From Octopus vulgaris (Eukaryota), in assembly GCA_951406725.2 (NCBI GenBank), contig OX597816.1, positions 124,744,001 through 124,808,000 of the forward strand: a stretch of DNA of 64,000 bases, in the 5' to 3' direction. Within the stretch, counting starts at the first letter, position 1, and every line of letters begins with the position of its first letter. The notes under the pieces were generated by a model. It made no database searches, was not told where the DNA came from, and was given only the letters and a program-made list of their open reading frames with translations. Position numbers and translations under genes: made by a program. Below, in pieces: positions 52,671 to 64,000 of this stretch.

Positions 52671-54006
52671 TATATATATGCTCAACTATATATTAGTGTG
52701 GAGCGTTTTTTCATGATTTTTGATTTGGTGATGGGGATAGTGCATCAAATTTGTGAACGGCCATCGAAATAAGTGGTGTAAAATCTTAGAACTCTGTGAC
52801 AATATCTTCTGTGAAAAAAAATCGCCCCTACTTATTTATTGGCTATAAAATATAATTTTCATTGCATCTTCTTCGAGTAGCTTTGAAATGACTGTGATGA
52901 AATTACTCTGAAATACGACTTCAACATGTTTGTTTTTTTCTTTGACTTCATCTTCTGCATCTACAATTGCCTAAAAATATACAAAAATTCGTAAATATTG
53001 TAATTTAACGAATTCAGAAACTTTTTCATGTAGATGTAAATTGCAATACATCCTCCACCTTCTTTGTTGGGGCAGAAGATAAAGTCACAAAGAAAAAGAT
53101 ACATGGTAAAGTCTATTTTAAAGTAATTTCATCACGGTCATTTAAAAGCCCCCCGAAGAAGATGCAATGGAAACTGTATTTTATAGTTACTAAATTAATA
53201 GAAGCGTTTTTTCCCCACTTTTTCCATTTTCGATACATTTGGGGAGACAGAGGTTATTGGGGAGACAGAGCTCTAAAATTTTACACGGGTTATTTCGATG
53301 TCCGTTCACGAATACACGTAAGGGTATACATATTTGCGTGCTTTTCATATAAATATGTGTATGTATTTATATATGAATGTGCGTATGTACACACAATATT
53401 AGGTAAGAGAAATAACTCAGGCTGACCAGTGGTATGTATATTTCTAACAGATAGAGGTATATGTATTAACATTCTGTATCGTATTCCTTATAGGCGTGTC
53501 AAATTTGAAGGATTCTGGAATCCTGAGGCAATTTTCCCTACCTATGCGGAGCTCATTTCAATTGCCTTCTCGTAACACTGATACATCAATTAGAGGTGTA
53601 AATGGATTCTATAAATCAAGAAATTTTTTGCATCATAAATTATTTCATACCTGCATTTCTCTATGCTGTTTACGTATATGATATTGACTCCTCTGAGTTA
53701 TATCCCTTAGCTCATTTTCCTTTGAATAATGAAAATTAGCCAATCGATAAATATGCTGTACACACATATCTATATAGGTCCTTTGTCAACTGGAGATAAA
53801 TCACGTAACCATCATGACTTTTTCTTATCTCTAGACAATAAACCTCTCCTTTTCATTAATGTTATGTCAGCTTTAGAGGGTTCTTGATTCACGAGATTTC
53901 CCTTTCTCATATGGTGCTTGTCTCAATTGCAATTATCTCCTCTAGAAGTAAAGATAATTTTAAGAAACAAAAAGGTATTTGTTGCCTGTTAAGACATATA
54001 CTGCCC

Positions 54007-54041
<35 letters not shown>

Positions 54042-54516
54042 GTACATACATTGGTGACATATGCCCATATATGAATATATGCGTGCTTTTGTGTACGTGT
54101 ATATATTCGCATAAATATATGAACACTTTCCATTTACTATTATCATACTATTTAAGAAATATGATGCAACCGTTCTTTCACTTCCAAGACCTCACATAGT
54201 TTACAGACTGCACCCTCGGTTACGGGTGACAAGACTATCTTAAAGGCTCGGAATGTTTCCTCATTGAAAGAGGACGGAAGACTAAGACGAGATCATGGGC
54301 GTTTTAGCATGTATGATACTACTTGTTTATACGTTCATCAGAAATCATAAATGTTTATAAGAATATATCCAGAAAGAATTTGTAGACAGTATTTGATATG
54401 AGAAAGCATGTATTGCTTTGTCAAAAGTTCATCAGAAATTATAATTGTTTATAAGGAGTTAAGAGGAACGACCAAACTTTTTTCTTCATCTCCAGTATTG
54501 TATATGCCTCCAGTAT

Positions 54517-54519
<3 letters not shown>

Positions 54520-54559
<40 letters not shown>

Positions 54560-54620
54560 ATCTATATCTCTCTCTCTATATATATATATGTGTATGTATT
54601 ATATATATATATATATATGT

Positions 54621-54678
<58 letters not shown>

Positions 54679-54686
54679 GTACGTAT

Positions 54687-54730
<44 letters not shown>

Positions 54731-54731
54731 C

Positions 54732-54798
<67 letters not shown>
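54520..54798. repeat. Long (TA)n-rich compound microsatellite
   Basis: Directly visible. Confidence 0.95.
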
Positions 54799-54799
<1 letters not shown>

Positions 54800-55017
54800 G
54801 ACGAGTTGCTAAAAGCTTTTTGCCTTTAAGGACATCACGAAAGGCCGCCTGAGTAAGGCTCCAGCCTTCGAAGTCCTTTCACAAGGCTTAGAAAATCTGA
54901 AGGACCGCTGCAATAAGCGTGTGAAGCTGAGAGGGGAATATGTTGAATGAAATCACAATTAACTGATCCTTCTGTATTTTCTTTTACCTAAAGCCAGGAA
55001 CTTCTTAACACCTCATG
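54799..55017 (+). mobile_element. Mariner-derived MITE (internal deletion derivative)
   Basis: TA-flanked degenerate TIRs CGACGAGTTGCTAAAAGCTTTTTGCCTTTA / TAAAGCCAGGAACTTCTTAACACCTCATG; retains the transposase C-terminus LENLKDRCNKRVKLRGEYVE*. Confidence 0.75.
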
Positions 55018-55027
55018 TATATATGTG

Positions 55028-55072
<45 letters not shown>

Positions 55073-55595
55073 ATGCGCGCGTGTGTGTGTGCGTGTGAAT
55101 GTGTGCATGTGTTTGTGTATGTGTGTGTGTTTGTATAATTATATGCTCTCGTTTCAAACATGTATTATTGTAAATGGTTGTAAGTAAAGAACCGTTTATA
55201 CCAGTCTTTTTATCGATAAAATTGCTGTCTTGGTATTTATTGTTTTAGTATTTTTGTAAATTCTTCCCATTTAGTTTAAAGTAAACAGCCGATAAACTTC
55301 GTACGATTGCTGTTAGTATGTTACATCTCTCTTACCAAAGGAGGCAATTTTATTCTTACGATTTACTTCAACTTCAAGAACCAGCCTTCATTTTGGCAAA
55401 TAGTCAATTCGCTTCCTTTGGATTTCGGAAAGACCAATGATTGAATATACTTTTAAGCAATACATCGGTCGCCTTGCTAATCGAACAATCCTATAAATCA
55501 ACATTTATTGACATTATAGTCAAGAGTGCCCCGAAGCATCTTAAACAATGTTGTGTGAATACTTCTACCTATTTATTAGTTCTTCAGACATATAT

Positions 55596-56039
55596 ACTCT
55601 CTTTACTCTTTTTACTCTTTTGCTCGCTTCAGTCATTTGAATGCGGCCATGCTGGAGCACCGCCTTTAGTCGAGCAAATCGACACCCCGGACTTATTCTT
55701 TGTAAGCCTAGTACTTATTCTATCGGTCTCTTTTGCGGAACCGCTAAGTTACGGGGACGTAAACACACCAGCATCAGTTGTCAAGTGATCTTGGGGGTAC
55801 AAATACAGACACACATACGTATATATATATATATATACATATACGACGGGCTTCTTTCAGTTTCCATCTACCAATTCCGCTCACAAGGCTTTGGTCGGCC
55901 CGAGGCGATAGTAGAAACACTTGCCCAAGGTTCCACGCACTGGGACTGAACCCGCAACCATGTGGCTGGTAAGCAAGTTACCTACCAAACAGCACCTATA
56001 TATATATATAAGAGACCAAAGAGTACGTACGCGGCTATA

Positions 56040-56077
<38 letters not shown>

Positions 56078-56500
56078 TATCTATATATGTATATATAGTA
56101 GATGACACTTGCCTAAGATACCACGCAGCGGGACTGAATTCGGAACCATGTGGTTGGTAAGCAAGCTACTTACCACACAGCCAGCAAGACCAATCGAATC
56201 GAGTACTTGTTTTTCTAGAGCCTGCTAATTGCTCTCTTTTTGCCGAACTGCTAGCTTACAGGGAGGGTAACAAACATCCATCGATTACCATATACTCGGG
56301 AGAAACACAGCATCAAGACACACGCACATACATACATGTCTGATGGGATGTCTTTCAGTTTTCATTTGCCAAGTTCCTTCATAATGCTTTGGTCAACCTG
56401 GGGCTATGAAAGTCATTTGCCGAACGTACGACGCAGCGGAACTGGACCCGGAATCATGCGGTTGGGGCGCAAATATTTACCACACAGCCGTTACTCTGCC
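55596..56500 (-). mobile_element. Cluster of tRNA-derived SINEs of one family (one near-complete copy 55596-55990, a head fragment ~56097-56185, an older copy ~56190-56500)
   Basis: Repeated GACACTTGCC(C/T)AAG..CCACGCA..GGGACTGAA...CCATGTGG(C/T)TGGTAAGCAAG heads (reverse complement contains GGTTCAGTCCC, B-box-like) and a (TACTCTTT)n tail. Confidence 0.85.
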
Positions 56501-56790
56501 TATTTATATATGCTTCTAAGTTCATATGTATGTATACATTTATAATTTAAATATTATTTGTATCATGCACGAATATATGCACATGCACATATGTGCATAT
56601 AATATTGTTTGCACATATATATATATGCATAGCTACAATTATATATTCGTACGTGCTAAAAATTGTTTATTGAAAAGAGAATATCAACGGAATATCAAAG
56701 GAAAGGCTCTTCGCGTCATGGAATTGTACGTTTATTTTACCATGAGGACAAAACAAAAAGACACCTAAAGTACAAGTATGTGCGAATAAT

Positions 56791-56931
56791 CCTTTCTGCT
56801 ATAGGCACAAGGCCTGAGATTTGGGGGGAGCGGTTAGTCAATTACATTGACCCCTGTACGCAAGTGGTACTTGTTTAATTGACCACTAAAGAACGGAAGA
56901 CAAATTCGACCTGGGCGGAATTTTTACTCAG
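56791..56931 (-). mobile_element. 5'-truncated Meta-type SINE with perfect 16-bp target-site duplication
   Basis: AGTATGTGCGAATAAT at 56775-56790 and 56932-56947 flanks the copy. Confidence 0.85.
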
Positions 56932-56966
56932 AGTATGTGCGAATAATGCGAACACATTTTATACAT

Positions 56967-57301
56967 AACAAGAGCACTCAGAGAGCGGAAACTTACGCAA
57001 GGCAACACCAACATCCTCTCAACGATTAGCCAGAGATGATTTTTAAAATGGAAATATCTGAAATAAACTCGACTTCTCTCACAATCTAAAATATTAGAAA
57101 CGAACCCAACTGCTAATAAAAATTAAGTAAAAAAAAAAAACAGGAAAAATAATCCAGAATCCTTGTCTGGTCTCAGATCTATCCCCAAATCTACTCAGTT
57201 CGTGCCAGTCACAAGGCCAAGGGTTCTTGAGAGATCTCCACGGACAAACAGAAAAATACACTACTGAAAACAGTATCTCCGCCTTAGCAAAGCCGGGGGT
57301 A
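56967..57301. mobile_element. Non-autonomous Helitron/Helentron-type element
   Basis: Begins AACAAGAGCACTCAGAGAGCG, ends in an imperfect GC-rich hairpin CTCCGCCTTAGCAAAGCCGGGG; architecture recalled from HINE/DINE-like elements. Confidence 0.55.
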
Positions 57302-57911
57302 GCAAGTATTCAGATCTATTGACTTGACAAATATACCAGGGGAAATATATTTCATTGGTTGAAATAAACAGAAGCAGTAAAATATTTACTACACAAGCAG
57401 TGAAGTAAACTTGACAGTAAAATAGAAATTGCGCTCTTAGATAAAAGGAAAAATATTTAAATTCATGCACGGCCCTTCATCGGAAAGAGACAAAGGAGAT
57501 AAAGCGAAGATCAAAAACACTTGCCGGCCAATGACCTCTGCTTTTGAAGACCACGAGAAGCGATCGATCAGATGGGCATGTAAATCGAAGTTATTGCCCA
57601 GCATGGAAGATTTTCTTCAAGGATACTTGGAACTTGAAGTAAAGATGAAGAGCATTAATCAAGTAGTCGAATGAATATAATTATACTTTATCTTATATAT
57701 TGAGTTCATTCTCTCTTGCATGTTATAAAGAACGCACGCACGCACGCACGCACGAACACACGCACACAGATATATGTGTGTATATGTGTGTGTGTATATA
57801 TATATATGTGACTATATATATGTATATATATTTATGCATATATATATATATATCTGTATCTATCTATGAGTCTCACTTTCTCTCTCTCTCTTCGTATATA
57901 TGTGTGTGTGT

Positions 57912-58247
57912 GTGTGGAGGATCAAAGGCCCAGTGGTTAGGACAGTGGACTCGCGATCGTGGGATAGCTGTTTCGATTCACAGACCGGGCGTTGTGAGTC
58001 TTTAATGAGCGAAAACACCTAAAGCTACACAACCTTCTCTCACTCTTCCTTTCTGTTTCTGTTGTACCTGTTTTTCAAAGGGCCAGCCTTGTCACACACT
58101 GTGTCACGCTGAATCTCTTCGAGAACTACGTTAAGAGTACACGTGTCTGTGGAGTGCTCAGCCACTTACACGTTCATTTCACAAGCAGGGTGTCCCGTTG
58201 ATCGTATCAACTGGAACCTTCGTCGTCGTAACCGACGGAGTGCCACC
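57912..58247 (+). mobile_element. tRNA-derived SINE with the same head as 30101/63017 but a different 3' body
   Basis: GTGGAGG..CAAAGGCCCAGTGGTTAGG...TTTCGATTC head; body GTGGAGTGCTCAGCCACTTACACGTT...GACGGAGTGCCA, possibly Deu/Nin-domain related. Confidence 0.8.
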
Positions 58248-58248
58248 A

Positions 58249-58285
<37 letters not shown>

Positions 58286-58934
58286 GGGGGGTTATTTGCA
58301 CATACATTCCTCTACATACACACTACAGACCATTAGAGTTAGGGGCCCAGACCGCAACACCTTTTCTCTGTTCATTTTCTGAAATATTGAATTACCAAGT
58401 GATAATACTAGCTATCTACCTGCATTATTTTTTTTTATAACTAGCATGCTTTCGACATGAATCTCAAAATTTAAAACATTTAAAACAAAGCTTCGTGAAA
58501 ACTGTACTACTCTAATATGTATTTTATACATGTATGTACATATATATCAATATATGCTAAAGTATTTATATATCGATGTATATATAGGAATATCTATGTA
58601 TATGAATATACATCTATATATACAGGTGTCTAAACAAAACAAAACGCACGCATGTGTAATGTATGTATGAAGTTAAATATACATGCCCGATTTGAAATTG
58701 TGGAAATTAATCGGTTGTCATAGTTTATAATATGAACCCTTTGAAATGAATTTTATGCTCGAATTCTACTGTTTAAAGTAAATAATCTATGAAATATGGA
58801 CAAATTCCAGTATAAATTTAGGTTTTTTTCTCTTGTAAACACAACTCAAAGTTACGCTAACAGTAGTCATGTGCATGTATTACATCTAGATCTGTAAAGG
58901 TAAATATATATGAACTTCCGTCGGTCATTAATAA

Positions 58935-59150
58935 AGGCTTCACATTTTGGCACGGAACCAGCAGACTTAGGGCTGTAGAGATGTCAAGTATATCGACCAT
59001 TAGTGTTCAACTGGTATTTATTTATCGACCCGAAAGGATGAAAAACAAAATCGATCATGACAGCATTACAACTCAGGACGTAAATGCGTTCGATAGACCG
59101 ACAAGCGCTTTGTCTAGCGTGTTAATGATCCTGCCAACTAGCCGCATTTC
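58935..59150 (-). mobile_element. Decayed Meta-type SINE
   Basis: TTTTGGCACGG...CTGGTATTTATTTATCGACCCGAAAGGATGAAA core. Confidence 0.7.
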
Positions 59151-59884
59151 ATCAGTCATTAATAATTCTACTGTTACTCCTAGCGGCAACACTGACTTTT
59201 AATATTAAAAGACTTGATCCTTTACTTGTAATATATGATCAATATTTATGTTGTTCTTGTCAGCACTGATAACGTTTCTTTTTATAAGCGTATTTCCTTT
59301 AATCACTTGTTCAAGTTTTGTAATATCAGGGTGGATTAAATATTGGATTTCTGACTAAAGCATTTCAATTAATTTTCCGCCATTTTTCACGTTTTATTCT
59401 GCTATTCAAACCCTGAATCGTGTTTCTTGTAACTCAGCAGATAAGATTATTAAAGTAAACAGGTTGATGGCGCTTCGGATTTATTAGAAACTGCTGGAAA
59501 TGTTAATGTTGTATAGTTTTACTATTATACAATTTGTATCGACAATAATCAAAGCAGTATAAATAATGTTGAAATTTTCAAAGCTGCAGAAGTTATGTAC
59601 TTACGTTAGTTGATAACCCCAAGTTGTTCAATCAGTTCGCACTTGTATAACGTTAACCAACAAAGTGACTGATTAACATAGTCGACAATCAGCCGTCGTG
59701 AAAATATAGGGTTACAATGCCTGTAGGCGGGACAGAAAAATCAGGCTTGATTACTGTTGGCCTTAACTACAATAAGCATAAAATAAATTTTCTATTACTC
59801 TTTTAAATTGTTCGAAATTTAAATGTGCAAATGTTACGCCCATCTTCGTATATTTCTAATATTTAATATTTTACTGCACTCTCA

Positions 59885-60017
59885 AGGCGGCAAGCTGGTA
59901 GAATCGTTAGCATCCAGGGCAAAATGCTTAGCGGCATTCCGTCCGTCTTTACGTTCTGAGTTCAAATTCCACCGACGTCGACTTTTTCTTTAGTGGGGTC
60001 GATAAAATAGATACCAG
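59885..60017 (+). mobile_element. Meta-type SINE, 5' part
   Basis: AGGCGGCAAGCTGGTAGAATCGTTAGC...GAGTTCAAATTCC...GGGGTCGATAAAATAG. Confidence 0.8.
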
Positions 60018-60444
60018 AATTGTTGCCACGTGCCAACATTTTACTGATCACTAAAAGTGCAGAAGCATCAGAGAACATATTAAATAATTTGGGGTATTTT
60101 ATTCAAATTATGAATTCCAAACCCGATAAAGCCTAATTTTGCTTTTGTAAAATCAATTTCACTCCTTCTAATATATATATATCTAGCACCCATGGGAGAA
60201 ATCTATTTTTATATGTTTTGGCAACCTGTTTGACCACCAGAATTAACGCTTAATATTTTGTTGTTTATTTCCAGCATTCATATTCAACTTTAAATAATGT
60301 TAACTTTTGAAATCTTTTATCTAGAGTCAATAAAAGAAGTTTTAATATATGTATGGTAAGATTGTTTTCGATTATATTTGCCATTATTTATATATAATAT
60401 AAACGATTATTAGTTGAAATAAATTAATATAGTAATTTACGTTA

Positions 60445-60648
60445 GACGGCGTGCTAGCAACATATTTACAACACCGGGCAACCTACTTAGCGGTATTGTG
60501 CCTATCTTTCCATTCGGAGTTCAGATTCTGCCGGAGTTGATTTTTTGCCTTTCAAGGGTCTATAAAATATATACCAGTCTAGTACTGGGACCGCTGTAAT
60601 TGACATACCCTCTGAAATTGCTGGTCTTGTGCAAAATTGGAAACCAAT
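60445..60648 (+). mobile_element. Decayed Meta-type SINE
   Basis: GAGTTCAGATTCTGCCG...TTGCCTTTCAAGGGTCTATAAAAT...TTGCTGGTCTTGTGCAAAATTGGAAACC. Confidence 0.7.
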
Positions 60649-62700
60649 ATATTGAATTACGTAATACATTTTATTCCATAATACTCTCCAGAAAATTTCT
60701 GGATTTTTACCATAAATTTTCGTACTGACATTTTATTTTAATATTTGATGAGTATTTAAAAACATTTAGTATATAATTTTCAAAATTGTCAGAAAAAATT
60801 TTATTCAAAAAGATAGACATGATGAATGCTTTTATCCTGTGTTATTTGATAAAGAAGAGCAACATTTTGTTGACGTGGTGGATTAGCTCAATGTTAATCG
60901 TAATCGAACAGACCTACAATCACAAACAACCTATGTCTATCTTGTTCATCTTTCTGTCATAGAACTGCATTATCTAAAATATTTTCAAATTACTAGGATA
61001 TAATTGAAGAGGTCTTCGGCTGCTATTTCTAGCAAGTTGTATGATCACGTTGAGGTATCCTGACTCACTTGCTTTTCGCCGGTCGAGCAAACGTTAACAC
61101 TTTTGGAAAGAAATAATAGAAAAAGTAGTAAGATGAAGAAGGCGATGGCGATTAAAATATTTAAAAAGCAGAGGTCATTTTGTTTACTTACACATGATAC
61201 AAACAAAGAAAATACTTGCAAATTATAACTCTATTGTCTTAACTATATCGCTAGAGGCAGTAAGAATTGTTAAAATCACATGTTTTAACGTGGTTTGACA
61301 CCTCACTTAGCCTTAGAAAAAATATAAAGAACAATTTTAGCTTTTGTTTTATAAAATAAGTATGTGGATATGGAGAAATATACAAATAAACATTTATGAT
61401 ATTGTTTCGAAAATTAAATAATGTTTTGTTTGACTGAGAATAATTATAAATTTATTGTTTGTAGTCATATTATACCTATCAGGAAATTCAATTATAGATG
61501 AAGAAAAATTATAACAGTTACAATATTTAATAGCTGATAACTACTTCTCAACGTCTGATATTGGTTATTCACATTGTTAGTCCATCTGACTGGCAGTGCC
61601 CCTCCCATTCTTTTCCATCTTTGTCATTTTCATACATATTAATGTCTCTGTCCAGTCCGCAGCTACCTTTATCTGTGTTCGACCTTCATGGTCAATTCGA
61701 TGAAATAATGAGATGAAATGAAATAAAATGTAAAACATTTGTTTAAAAGAAGGTTCAATTTTAAAATATCCGGAAGAAAAGTGTTGGCATTGCGTTTATT
61801 GGAAATAAGTATATAATATAGATTACTCATGCTACGGTGATTTGTGATTAGTAATAAGAAAATTGTAATGAAGGAAGAGACAGCGTACGGCGTAGGTGAG
61901 GAAGACAGACTTCAAAGCGAGGACGTTGACAACAATAATCGATATTTATTTGATTAATGAGATAACAGTATATAGAATACATAATGATGATGTACTTAGA
62001 TTCAAGAAACAATATTTAAATTCATACTCAGGAACGTATACAAAATATTCTGACTGCATATGATTCACTCCTATTTTCTTAATCTGGTTAGTTGTCACAT
62101 ACCTGATTCGATAATTTGTTTCCTAGTACTAAATATAACTACTGAAAATAATACAAGTACACCATGCTTTTGTTAGGCGATAAGTTATTCGTAGCTTAAC
62201 TCCGATGTTGTTATAAATAAAATGCATGTCACAAGGAAATCATATGTTAATCTAGGCGAGTATGTATATTAGATTTAAATCCAATTATATTAGGATATTT
62301 CAGAATATAAATATATACTTTAAAAGACCATATTGTACACATTCTTGGTCACAGCATCTGTCTACACATATCCATCGATCCATTCATCCATCCATTCATC
62401 CATCCATCCAGACATACATACATGCTTGCATACCATGCATACATATATACATACACACATACATGCAAGCACAAATACACAGTAAGACGCATGCATATAT
62501 TTATACACACATATGTGTGTGTGTTTGCATATGCGCGTCCATATGTGCGCGTGCATATACGTGCGCACAGGGGACATCTAATCAATAAGACACATGACGT
62601 CATGTTTATGAGATTCCGTTAAAACCATCATTAGTAAAATAAATTATTAGATTATTCAGAGATCTTATGTTACTGCACGCAGCTGAGTTACATTTGAAAA

Positions 62701-62744
<44 letters not shown>

Positions 62745-62978
62745 TAGACACCTATGTACATATATAGTTGTGTATATGTTAAATAAAAATGAGACAACAA
62801 AACCAAGCCTGTGTGGAAATTATGGGACATTCATGAAGAGAAACGTAATCTTACAGCTGTTTCTGGAATATTAGGGATATCTCTTCAATAGAAACGATGT
62901 AAGAGAGTTAACCAGAAGAAAATAGTAGAGTTCAGTATAAGGAGTTATTTTGGAAATTGACGGATATAGGATATAGCA

Positions 62979-63406
<428 letters not shown>

Positions 63407-63468
63407 CACGCGCATATATACTGTCTATATACATACATGTGTGTGTATGCACATACATGTACTATGTA

Positions 63469-63799
63469 CAAGGCCAGCAAGCCTGTGGCATGTGGTCAGC
63501 AGCCGGCCTGCAGACTTTTATCTTGCGGTCCGCTTGATATTTTCTTGAAGTATTGTGTTTAATTTCAAAATAAAATTGTTTGTGTAAAGCATTTGTTTCA
63601 AGACAAATTTTTAATTTATAAGTAGTAATAAAGCAATAGCCTACTATTTTATAATTTTAAACGAACGAAAAATATGAAAAGTTCTCAATTATGTCATTTG
63701 ATTATTTGGCTATTAATGAATAAAGTATATTAGAGTGGCCCTCAAAAGAGTTGCTGTGTTTAACGTGGCCCGCAATGTAATTCGAGTTGGCCAGACTTG
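63469..63799. mobile_element. hAT-type MITE
   Basis: Degenerate TIRs CAAGGCCAGCAA / TTGGCCAGACTTG, GGCCCGC-type subterminal repeats and an AT-rich core; 8-bp TSD not convincingly preserved. Confidence 0.6.
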
Positions 63800-64000
63800 C
63801 GTTTGTATTATTGTATGTATGTATATATTACACACTCATACATACATGAAACCTATAACAAATTAATAGAATCCCGTTATAAGTAAGTTTGCTTCTGCAT
63901 TATAATAAAGAATATCGTGAGATGTGTTACTAACACATATATTCGTAAGTGTGCATTGTCGTTTGCATTTCGCAATGGTTGTGTATTTGATTATAGAAAC

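Noticed and set aside
53239-53270. Short direct repeat TTGGGGAGACAGAG x2, and the 52-bp duplication at 29841, as CRISPR-like arrays
   Set aside because: Only two units, no spacer series and a eukaryotic context; simple local duplications.

Overview
AT-rich, microsatellite- and transposon-dense animal genomic DNA. The tRNA-derived SINE families and the Pif-type gene point to a mollusc, most likely an octopus (inference from recalled repeat families, not a database match). Nearly all ORF-track entries are artefacts of simple repeats or decayed transposons. Manual splicing on the minus strand gives one intact six-exon gene: 47756-47588, 39065-38916, 30920-30562, 23373-23283, 20408-20326 and 11022-10984 (891 nt, 296 aa, all introns GT-AG with matching phases). 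It encodes a secreted protein with one reduced chitin-binding-like module and a laminin-G/concanavalin-A domain of the Pif/BMSP shell-matrix type, with no VWA domain. Its introns and flanks hold three mariner relics, a mariner MITE, a Chapaev3-like transposon, Helitron-type elements, LINE fragments (Tx1-, R4/Dong- and RTE-like), Penelope-like elements and many SINEs. The most unusual non-coding signals are a tRNA-headed element with two inverted hammerhead-like tails and a target-site duplication (38182-38677), an ungapped 269-bp fold-back (7502-7770), and dsRNA-forming inverted repeats close to exons 2 and 3.
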